This document shows positions 38,001 to 48,408 of a stretch of 64,000 nucleotides of DNA, piece by piece (position 1 is the stretch's first letter; every line of letters begins with the position of its first letter). Under the pieces are notes generated by a model. The model searched no databases. It was given only the letters and a program-made list of their open reading frames with translations, and was not told the origin of the DNA. The DNA comes from Takakia lepidozioides (lineage: Eukaryota; Plantae; Bryophyta). The DNA lies in the NCBI GenBank assembly GCA_030704615.1, contig CM060732.1, forward strand, positions 1,426,001 through 1,490,000. The letters run 5' to 3'. The translations under genes were made by a program, and so were the position numbers.

Positions 38001-41000
38001 ACGAGTCGACTGCACTTGGTCACCTCTTGTCCTGTTATTCAAGGTCAAAAGCTGAAGTTCTTCTAGACAGTTAATTAACCGTCTGCCATTAGAATTCAGC
38101 TCGTCCTCACCAAAAGGTCCAATGATATCGTCCTGATGGATCCCTTTGCCCACCCGGGCATTGAAGTCCCCCAATAGTACCACCTGACCTTTGGCAAGGA
38201 ACGAAGCACAGTCCAGCTTTACATCTTCGAAGGCCTTGTCTGCGTCAGCACTAAGGGTCCCCTCTGTGGGCATGTAAACACAACCAACAAAGAGGTCCTT
38301 TGTACTCATGCTGCCCTTCAAATTCAGTTTTAGCCAGATACTATGCTCGTACCTCAAACCCTTGTTGATAATTTCACAATTGTCAAACAAGAAATCACGG
38401 ACAAAGAATCCGACCCCTTTTTGACCGCGTTTGGCAGAGGCTGCCTTGACAGTACACATCTTACCTGCCCATTTATAACCAATGACATCTCCAACCAGTT
38501 TATCCGACGTTTCCCATGTTTCTTGCCCAGCACAGATATGAATATCATTAGTCCGAAGAACTTGTCCCACTTCAAGTTGTTTCCTTTGGTTGGTCAACCC
38601 TGAGAAGTTGAAAGTGGCCAGCCGCAAGCCAGCCCTTTGCGTGTGAATTGTTTGTCGTCTAGGTAGCTTGTGATTGCTCCTGGACGGCCAACCGTTCTGC
38701 AAAGGGGGGACAGCTACCCCATGTGTAGATTTTGCTCGTCTTGTGTAAACTTTGAGAATTGGTAAACCATTCAGGGTACCAAATCTTTCAGTTACACGAC
38801 GCACAGGCTCCGCACACATAGGGGCAGATTGTCCGTCAGACTGCTTGGGGACAATTACCCCGTGTATAGATTTTGCTCGTCTTGTGTAGACTTTGAGGAT
38901 TGGTAAACCTCTATAAAGAGTGCTGCAATTTGGAAACCAACAGAGAATTGTGGGCGAGGTACTACCAGCTCCGTAAAGATATCAATCAGCTTGTTAGGTC
39001 TCAGAAGAAATTATACTGGGACAAGTTATACAGTGAAATAAACTCAAACCACCATGGTGGTAATGACAAGAAATTCTGGTTGGCCCTTCAACGTTTGTAC
39101 AAGCCGAAAAACCGTCAGCAAGTACAAGCGCTGAAGACTACTAAAGGTGCAGTGGTGACTACATCGGTTGACATTGTCAAAACCTTTGAAACTCACTACA
39201 GTATCCTTGGCAGAACTTCCAGGTCTAACAGTGAGGGGTCTTCTGCTGAATGGAGGGACACAGTTGGAAAAACTGTTCCTATGATTCAAAACAGCCCTGA
39301 TGAACTGGAGTATATTTCAATGGCTTATAATGCTCCCATTAGTTCTTCTGAGATTGTGGAAGCAATTGAACATTTAAATGGATATAAAGCTGGTGGAGCT
39401 GATGGTATTGTCAACGAGCTTATCAAGCACGGTGGCGATCCCATGATAGAGGCCCTAGTTCTCCTCTTTAACCTTATCTGGAAGACTGAAATGATCCCCT
39501 TTCGCTGGCGACAGGGGGTCATTGTCAATCTATACAAGAAGGGTGACACAGAAGAACCGGGGAACTACCGTGGCATCACGCTCCTCAATGCTGTTGGCAA
39601 GACATTCTGCAGAGTTATAAGTACTCGTCTCGAGGTTGATCTGGAGTCTAGAGGTTGTTTCCACGAAGGCCAAGCTGGCTTTCGGCGAAACAGGGGCTGT
39701 GTGGATCATATCTTCACTCTAAGCCAGATTATCCAGGGAAGGAAAAAAGAAGGGAAACCCACTTATGTTTTTTTCTTGGATGTCAAAAAGGCTTATGACA
39801 CAGTGTGGAGAGATGGCCTATGGTTCCGCCTCTGGTCTTGTGGGATCAAGGGAAAGATGTGGAGAGTTGTCCACAACTTGTATGCTCACACCAAAAGCTG
39901 CGTCACTGTTAACGGACAGAAGTCCAACTTCTTTGACATAGACCAAGGTGTAGCTCAAGGATGTACTCTCTCCCCTCTGCTCTTCAATGTTTTCATCAAT
40001 CAACTCCTCGAGGATGTGGAAAGTGAGGGATTTGGGTTAAGGGTGGGTGATACCACCATACCAGCCCTTATGTTTGCGGATGACTTCGCATGCATAGGGG
40101 AGACTCCAACCAATCTCCAGGAGTTGATTGATTGCGGGAAGAGATACTTTGATCTTTGGGGGCTAGAGGCTAATGTCAGCAAATGTGCAGTGGTAGCATT
40201 CAACGACAGAGGAGAGGGAGGAAGTGATCTTAAGTGGCAGTGGGGTAGCCAAGAGATCCCGGTCCTCCCTTCCTACACTTACCTGGGCGTTGAGTTTTCC
40301 TCCAATTGTAATTGGGATGCACATATCCGGAAAGTTGTTCAAACTGGCAAGGGCAAAGCTCTGGGGCTCACTAAATTTTTCCACTGCAGAGGGGTCAACT
40401 CTGAGGTTAAGAAAACCATGCTTTGTCGCGTTATTAGACCTGCCTTGGAGTACGGATCTGCTATACGGGTTGATAACTCCAACCAGGCTAAGTCTCTAGA
40501 ATCCATTCAAGTGGGGGTGCTTAAGGAGTGTATGTCAGCATGCTCCAAAACAGCCAATGTGGCTGTTCGGGGTGAGTTTGGCATTCCGTCCTTAAGCTCC
40601 CGACGAGATGCATTCAAGGTCAGATGGTGGGGTCAGCTGCAACATATGCCCAACACCAGATATCCTAAGTTAATCGACTCTATATCTTGGAAACAGGACC
40701 GCCCTGTCAAACAGGCTAAGTCCTGGCAGAAGAGAGTAGAAGAGATCCTCAAGGACCTGGACCTGGATCCGCAAGTCTTGACCCTGCTGGATAAATCTGA
40801 CTTAGAGGCTGTAGTGTCCTCAGCCATGTCTGTTGCCATGAGATTGTCTGATGAAAATGAAGTTAGGCAGAAAACTTCCCTGAACTTGTTTCCAGTCTGT
40901 GACATGGGGGAGGACAGCTTGGATGACCTCAAGGGTCTACCCACTCTCGGCACTAGACTGAAATTTAAACTCAGGGCAGGAAGCCTACCTTTGAACAGCA

Positions 41001-42390
41001 AACAGAAGCAGAGAGGAAAGGGAGAGTGCAATTGCCCGCTGTGTGGGCAATCTGAAGACAGTATTCACTTTCTGATACACTGTCCGGGGTTCTCTCACCA
41101 AAGAGACGCTCTCTTCAATTCTATCAAGGGAATTGTGCCTGTACCCCTGTTTAACAACTTTGAAAGTCTCGAGGCTGAGCCAAAAGCCCAGGCCCTCCTG
41201 AGGCCTAGTTTTTGGGCAAATCACACACAGCAGATTGATGCTTGTGTGAAGGGATTTCTAGAGGATATCTGGAAAACCCGGATTAATTCTATATATGATG
41301 GTAAGTCACACTACCAACGTCAGCCCCTGACAGAGGTAGGTTCTGTCCCTTTTGTTCCCGCTCAAACTGGGCGCGGGGTCAATGGCCACAAGGCTACGGC
41401 AAACAACGTCTTATGAGTACAATCTGTCTCTCCTTCTCGAGGCTGAGCCAAAAGCCCAGGCCCTTCTGGGGCCTAGTTACTGGGCAAACCACACACAGCA
41501 GATTGATGCTTGTGTGAAGGGATTTCTAGAGGATATCTGGAACACCCGGATCAATGTTCTTGACCAAGGTAAGTCTTACTACCAACGTCACCCCCTGACA
41601 GAGGTAGGTTCTGTCCCTTTGTGTTCCGCTCAAACTGGGTGCGGGGTCAATGGCCACAAGGCTACGGCAAACAACATCTCATGAGTACATTCTCTCTGTC
41701 TCTCCTTCTCGAGGCTGATCCAAAAGCCCAGGCCCTTCTGGGGCCTGGTTAGAGGGCAAATCACACACAGCAGATTGATGCTTGTGTAAAGGGATTTCTA
41801 GAGGATATCTGGAAAACTCGGATCCATTGTCTGTTCCAAGGCAAGTCATACTACTGGCGTGACAAAGGTATTTTCTGTCCCTTTGTGTTCCGCTCAAACT
41901 GGGTGCGGGGTCAATGGCCACATGGTTACAGCAAACAATGTCTTATGAGTTCATTCTCTCCTCCTCCCAGAGATGCCTGGTGGCATACCTGCGTGTCTCA
42001 AATTTAAATGACCTCTCCATATTAAAGACTAGATTTTGGGCTTCTTTTAAGGCCCCACTTTTTTCCTTGTTTCTTGCTTTTCTTTTCTCCCACTTTTTGA
42101 GTTTCCGAGATGTTATAAAATTCATTTCATTTCTTTCTCAATCAGTATAGGAATTTAACTGACTTGGAATCTGTTGTGGCAGCCCATTGCATTTCCTAAC
42201 AAGTGGAGGAGGATCCAAGGCTTGGAAGGGCATCAGCCCCCCCGCAAATGCAGGAAAGGATCATGGGCTTGTGTTCTATTATGATGGCCAGGGCTTTGCT
42301 GCTGTTTCCATCACACCCACCTTGTTCCACATGGCCTTCTATGATATATATGGCAATGGCCTACATATGGTGGATTTATCCAAGAGTTAG
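29080..42390 (+). CDS. Purple acid phosphatase, small type-5/ACP5-like (PAP3/PAP8/PAP17 group), 375 aa. Exons 29080-29133, 30020-30274, 30666-30822, 31157-31279, 31497-31630, 31762-31890, 32323-32390, 42183-42390
   Basis: All five metal-binding motifs present (GDWG, GDNFY, GNHD, VGHH, GHDH) plus [15 protein letters not shown] junctions keep phase and sum to 1128 nt. N-terminal hydrophobic segment. The first exon is the least certain. Confidence 0.93.
32663..32695. repeat. (CTTT)n/(CT)n microsatellite, target site of the LINE stack
   Basis: tctttctttctttctctctctctctgtctctcc. Confidence 0.85.
32696..32734 (+). mobile_element. 39-bp extreme 3' fragment of the RTE/RTEX-like LINE, flanked by 15-bp direct repeats
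   Basis: Identical to the LINE 3' end (GGCCACAAGG...GAGTACAA); TCTCTCTGTCTCTCC at 32681-32695 and 32735-32749. Confidence 0.88.
33520..33935 (+). repeat. Three ~126-bp (42-aa) tandem repeats in the LINE ORF N-terminus
   Basis: [16 protein letters not shown] repeated three times. Confidence 0.93.
35093..38907 (-). mobile_element. 5'-truncated copy of the same LINE inserted in inverted orientation, 12-bp TSD CCTCTATAAAGA
   Basis: TSD at 35081-35092 and 38908-38919; ORFs 36717..38819 and 35099..36751; private 66-nt deletion and +1 frameshift. Confidence 0.95.
41434..41954 (+). mobile_element. Two older ~250-bp 3' fragments of the LINE in tandem (41434-41690, 41706-41954)
   Basis: Diverged copies of 41169-41422 separated by TCTCTCTGTCTCTCC. 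Confidence 0.9.
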
Positions 42391-43429
42391 AGCTTCCAGC
42401 CAAATTAAATCATGCTCCCATCCTCTCTAAATGTCATTCACCTGAGTTTTTCAATCATTAGCTCATTCATGCCCTGCCATTGTATAGTAGAGTAAGATAG
42501 AAGTGGGCAGTGTGACTGGCCGAGCACATCGGTGCAGACAGACTTTTTGTCTATCGATAGCAAAGCAGAATACACATGGAAGTAACCCTTTAGCTTTGGT
42601 AGCCTGAGACTCATTGAGTTGTTGAACTGGCCTCAGAAAGCTACCTTAAAGCTTTAGACATTAGTTGATTGAATGTGACTTAACAACTTCATTCTTTACA
42701 TGTAAGTGTGATGAAGCTGCTACATGAGTTGATTGAAAATGAAAGAGATTTTGTTCCAATCGTGGGGAGGCAGTGTTCCTATTGGGTGCTTGTGGTTGTC
42801 TGCAGGCTTGCTTGCTAGTCAGGTAAAGTCAGGTGAAGGGGTTGAGTCTGCAGCAATGTCTTGCCTCTTCCCTTGTGAATGAAGAGGGAGAAGATCATGT
42901 GGTTGCAGAGGTCCTCCTTACTGCCTTGCTTTTGCCCTGATATACAACAGCTGGACTAGGTCAACCCAATTTCTGCAAACATTCAAACTGTAACTGTCCA
43001 CTAATCATAAAACAAAACTGTACAATACAGAAGGTATGGAACAGTACATAAGGTTGCAGTACAAGATCTGTCATTTGGTACCTTCCTTCAAGATCTACAT
43101 GACAGTGCTACCTTTGAAGCTCCATTGAACTTTGTTTTGGTTTCTTGCCATATCTGCGTGAATCCGTCATACTTCCCTGTTTGTTTACTCCATCCTTTTG
43201 AGTGTCTGGCAATCGGGAGAACCTGTCGATGGAAAAACTGTCTATGTGCTCTGTGGTATTTATGTTTTGCTTCCAGGAGTATTCTCCAAGCGTCTGAAAA
43301 TTTTCTTCCAGATGTTTTTGTTTTGGTGGGAGGACGAGTTGATATACACGTCTTCTGGCTGCAGCTAAAGCTGCGACTAGATTTTATGCCATGGAATCAT
43401 CTCGGAGCAGCATGTGTCGCTTTATGATA

Positions 43430-43812
43430 TAGGTATGAGCACTCACTTTCAATGGTATTTTTGAAAGTGTGACCACAGAGAAGTCATTTAGAGCTAGAAA
43501 AATGTTGGAAACTCTCCACTAGATTTTGTGGCCTCTTCCCCATTTTGGAAAAATACGGATCAGCTGGATACAAATTAGATTTACCTCCTCCATAGCTAAG
43601 GTCATTCCAGACGGTCAAATCTTAGTGGAACCAGAGAGAGTGCTTCAAACACGCATTTGTGAGACTCGACATCATAGATGGGTGGAATATTTCATTAAGT
43701 GGAAAATTTATCCTAAGTCTCAAGCGCCTGGGAAATGAAAGACAACTTATTAGTGGATTTCCTTGATTTCCCTATCATTGAGGACACCGATTGATTTTAG
43801 TGGGGGAGTTTA
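43430..43812 (+). mobile_element. Degenerate 3' end of an unrelated older chromovirus (chromodomain + PPT)
   Basis: LVEPERVLQTR...VEYFIKWK; TTGAGGAC...TTTTAGTGGGGGAG. Confidence 0.65.
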
Positions 43813-46522
43813 TCAAGTACCTCTATCCCCACTTGTTGGACATAACGACTTTAGACCATGATATTAACTTAGCAGTGCTAAAGATGGATGGTGGTTGATT
43901 TAGTGCTTCATCCAGTGTCCAGATAGTGCCGAGGCTATCCTGCCTCCCACTTGCCGGCTGCACCACATTGGCGCGCAAGTCACCGCCCTCCTGCGGCCAT
44001 CTGGGCCACGCAGGCGCACAAGCCCCTGCGGTGCCATCCCTACCCCCCCCCAACTAAGGCTGTACACTCTCCCGTATATTCTCAAAAGTGTATGGCTAAA
44101 AACAGCTTGAGCCATACTTTTTAAGAGAGTCTATGGCAAATTATAGACGATACACTACATATATATCTTAGGAATACCATATGACATAAGTATTTTGTTT
44201 TCTTTTGTTTTCAAATGATTTTTAACTTAGCTAGAATTTTTTTAGATAGTGTAGGTTTAGGAATGCCATTTAAATGGGTTGGTGTCGTCGCAAATGTAGA
44301 TATCTCATCTAATATATTAAGATATATATGACACATTTTAATACATTAAGCTATAAACAGATGAAAATATATGCAAAAGGTGGATTTAGGAGTGAGTAAG
44401 GATTAGTATTACGTTGGATGTTGATATTTCATATTTATTAACAAAAAGATTTTGCACGTTTTCATATAATGAGCCATACACCAAATGTGGAGTGATTCTG
44501 AACACTCCGAAAAACGATGGCGCTCCGGAGAGACCCCCAACGGTCTCTTCGTCTCTCACGATTTCTCCTTCCCTTTCACGACTTACAGACTAGATCCGTA
44601 GCTTCATGGTTATCACCTTATGTGAAACATTCTCCACGATTCAAGCTACAGCTCAATAGGCTATTCTCATATGTTCAATGCTATTTTCGTAGGACTGCAT
44701 CATCTTTTCATGATTTCTGTCTTTTCGTGAAATCTTCATCCTTCCTCCTTTAATCCCAGTCTTGTGCAAGCGGCGCCCCTACCCAATCATCTCCTTGGAA
44801 TAGTCTGGCCAGCTAAATTTGCCGCCACTTTTACCTCATGGCTTTCTGACATTTGTCCCCACTCTCTCCCTCTCTCCCTCTCTTTCCTTTCTCAGCTAAA
44901 TCCTCTACGTACTCGTTCCTCGTCTCCTTGCGCTTTCGTTTTGCGTTCTTCTCTTCTGTTTGCTGGTGTTTTGCTTTCAATACGATCATTTCCTTCCCTC
45001 TGCATTATGGGTCCCAGCGGATATGTCGCTCCTACATCGAAGGTTAGTGCAGGGATTCGTCACCCCTCCGCCCCTACGCAGAGGCAGCACAGGAGCTTCG
45101 CTCCCTCATCGGGTACAGGGTTCTTTCTGGCTCATCAAGCGCTATTGAGGTATGCTGGAGGGGCCGAAGTAATGAGACACCCATCCCCCAGGCCTTCATC
45201 CTCTTATGTTGACACTCCATCCCCTCCCTTGCCCCTTCTAAAAATGTCGAGGCTAGATCCTGCATTGTTTGGAGGCCCTTCCCCATCTCCACCAGCCGAA
45301 GACTACGCTGAGGAGACAGCTACCAAACAGGTAGCTATGAACAAGGACTTCCCACTGGCGGACATTAACCTTCCAGAGCTTTACAAGAGAGTGGAAAGAA
45401 TGGAGGAGAATGGTATTTTACTGCATTTTCCAGGCAAGAAGGTGAACAGAACACACGTCAAGGACTGGGCGACAAGATACTTGGGAGGTACAGGAGAGAT
45501 TAAGCAACAATTCTGCCACTCCAAAGGGCGGGGGTTCTATTCCATCGTATTTGAAACAGAACAGGCAGCAGCTCAAGCACTCAAATTCAACCCCCATACA
45601 AAAGGTTTAATGTTAATATTTTCCCATGGAATTCCAACCTGGGCAATATGAATGGGAAACTTTGGGGACCAAGAATAGTTTCATTGCCATTTATCCCTGA
45701 CCAGTACCTTGTTAACCTGCCAGACATTGCCAAGCTTTTTGGGTTCTATCTAGGCTGTTTAGCAGTTTTTGACCCACAGAAGGACACAGAATACTTGGGG
45801 CAAGATCCGGCGTGGAAAGGAGTGACCATAGCATCCAGGCTTTATGAGACAGGCTCTGCAAAAATGGTCCTTACTATGCCAAATGAAGACATCCTCCCAG
45901 AATATGTCAGACTCCCTATAGACGACAACGGGAACTACTACACTATTCGCCTCATTGAAGACTGCTCCTCATCAGCGTGCTTCAATTGTGGACAAATGGG
46001 GCATATTAAGGTTAATTGCCCTATAGGAAAGAGGAAACGCTCGCCCATCACACGTCCCAGATCAACCAACTCTGTGTCTTCTCCACAAGGCAGCACTGCT
46101 CCTGTTCAGGACCACAACAACAACAGAACCCAGCTTCCAAGACAGCATCCTCAAGTTCAGCAACCAGCTGCCACCCCTGCTGATCACCTACAGCTCATTA
46201 AAAAAAAAACATATTCAAAACCTCGTGGAAACGGCATGGATCCGATGTATCTGGAAGCAGGCACAAGCACCCACAATCACACGAAGGGGCACAAGGACAA
46301 AGGCAAAACGAAAGTGCAGAATCGATCACCCCCTTCTGCCCCCAAAGGCCATCCTTCAATGATGGTACAATCACCCAAAATTCTTACCGAAATCGCCAAT
46401 AATCCGACCTTTGCAAAGATCTGTCTTAAACAAACCTCCTCATCTTTGTTACCTGTTTTTGGATACTTTCCTCTTGTCACATTGGCAGTATCATGTCAAT
46501 TTAGTCACTCCAAACTATCAAA

Positions 46523-47655
46523 GGTCCCCCTTCGCTTCCCACTAAACCCTCCACCTATTTGGGACTAGGAGAATTCCCTTTGGTAGATGGCAGTCCGGAA
46601 CAGCTCCCCACTCTTTGGTCGCTTTCCGGCTCGCTCGCTTACTCACTAGTTTTTGGTCACCAACGGGCTTGCACCGTTCTCGGGGTCACTACTCCCCTTA
46701 TATATACTTCTGTAGCTGTCCGCGGGGGTTTCACAACCAGCCATGCCATTTTATGGCGAACCACCACGAAAACCCTAGACTCCCGGTGATGAGTCGCGGT
46801 GAGTCTTGGCCCACTCACCACGGCCCCTATGGACCGTGATGAGTCCCAAGACTCCCCGCGACTCCCACCACGAGGTCTCCGCCCCCATGGTGAGTCCTAT
46901 GCCACCCCCACTAAGTCCCGCTAAGCTACCACCACCCCTTGTGGAGCCACCCCCACCGCAACCCGGTGTGCGGGGCTCCACCTAGTGAGCGCCTCCGCTT
47001 CCCTGAGTGCCTTGGGCACTCAAGGGTGCTTCAGCCCCCCATACCTATCGCTGTCGCTGCCCCCACCACAGGGGCAGCCCCTCATGTGTCCCGACCCCCC
47101 TGCCCTCAAGGCAAAGGGCTGCGACAGTCAATCTCTACTTCGATTATTGCCCCTAGGATCTGGAATGCATTGATAAGGGTGTCCTGATTTCTGATTTGGA
47201 GTTTGTGACCTCCGCATGGAGTGTCAAGACCGAGTTCATGAACCCATAGATCACCCATGGGGGGGTCAAGATGGTAGATGTCCGCCTCCTCCAACATAGC
47301 CAGTACATGAGTAGATGGCTTACAGCTTAGCCCTGGATGCTCTTCCAGGTATGCCCCCCAATAGATTTTGGTGGTTTCTGTCAAAAGGTAGTGTGGCTGG
47401 TAGGCCCTGAAGAACTCCTGGATTTTGTTTTTGATCATAGAATCAGGGCATCCATTGGGAGGACAGGTTCTCATGAAAACTCTTAAATCTTACGTGGTAA
47501 TCCATAGTGATTCAACACATTCCCAGTCATCCGAGGTGATGAGGATTGATGGAGAGTTCCCTTGCCTGAAGATGATGGAGTGATGCATATTGCAGATGGC
47601 TCAAAGCGAGTAACTATGACTTGAAGGGGAGCTTACCGAAGTGAGGTGCGCGACA
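46523..47655. mobile_element. Solo LTR of the gypsy family (5-bp TSD TTGAC) split by an inversion: 46523-47126 (-) and 47601-47655 (+)
   Basis: Both LTR termini present; GTCAA at 47127-47131 is the reverse complement of TTGAC at 47656-47660. Confidence 0.9.
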
Positions 47656-48408
47656 TTGACGGTAACACACGTAGAATGGAACTTCAAAGAACAAGGGACC
47701 ATCTAGCGGGTGTCAAACCACCATCATCGGGATCTTCCTCAGATGAAGAACCTCTCGCAGACCTTTAAGCTCAACACATACAAGATGACGCCTTGGCTGC
47801 CACGACGAGTGAACTGCATATCTCCCCTTAACTCAGCAACAGCTTCAACAATATTATGCCTCAAGGAGGACACGATACCCCTCTCTGCGTCACTGAGTCT
47901 ACAAACCCACAAATCCAGGTTCTCCCTTGCACCTCGCCATGCATTTTATTCCAAACACTCTCTTCTGATCCTTACAGATGTTGGTTATTATGTCTGAAAA
48001 AACCATCTTCTGCAAGAAAATCGGCTCGACAGACTCTCCCGTCCATCATTGTTCCTTCAGATCTTGAAGCTGGTCCAGTCGTGTTGTTACCAGATACTCC
48101 AGAACCACATCCTCTGCTCACCTCCATCCTCAAAAGTACCTTTTATCCGGAACAGGCTGATATTATCTCCCTGTCAATTGACCCTGTTTCAAGTGACCAA
48201 TTCTCTCGTGTCAATACTCCCCTCACTCAAGAGGCCAAACAAAACCTTTCTGTGTTGTTTGTGGAAATTAAGAGGACAAACCGCAAAGCCCCAGCCAATT
48301 ACTCTTGGGTCAAATCTCTCCATCCCAAAGATCGTCGTGTTAAGTTCTACTTTGATCCTCCAAGGCCATCAATTGGGGCTCCCAGCCCCAACCTTATCAG
48401 CCTGACAG

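Larger units (their letters stand above)
32750..41422 (+). mobile_element. RTE/RTEX-like non-LTR retrotransposon (single ORF: repeats, APE, RT, Zn finger), host copy, split at 35092/38908 by a nested copy
   Basis: APE motifs (ATFNFSG, GQETW, LLGDFNA, VDYI, SDH), RT ([14 protein letters not shown]), C-terminal CPLC...H...C. 11-bp TSD TCTGTCTCTCC at 32739-32749 and 41423-41433; frameshift near 34530. Confidence 0.92.

Noticed and set aside
35093-38907. Inversion or assembly artefact rather than nested insertion
   Set aside because: A 12-bp TSD, an intact 3' end and private indels show an independent copy.
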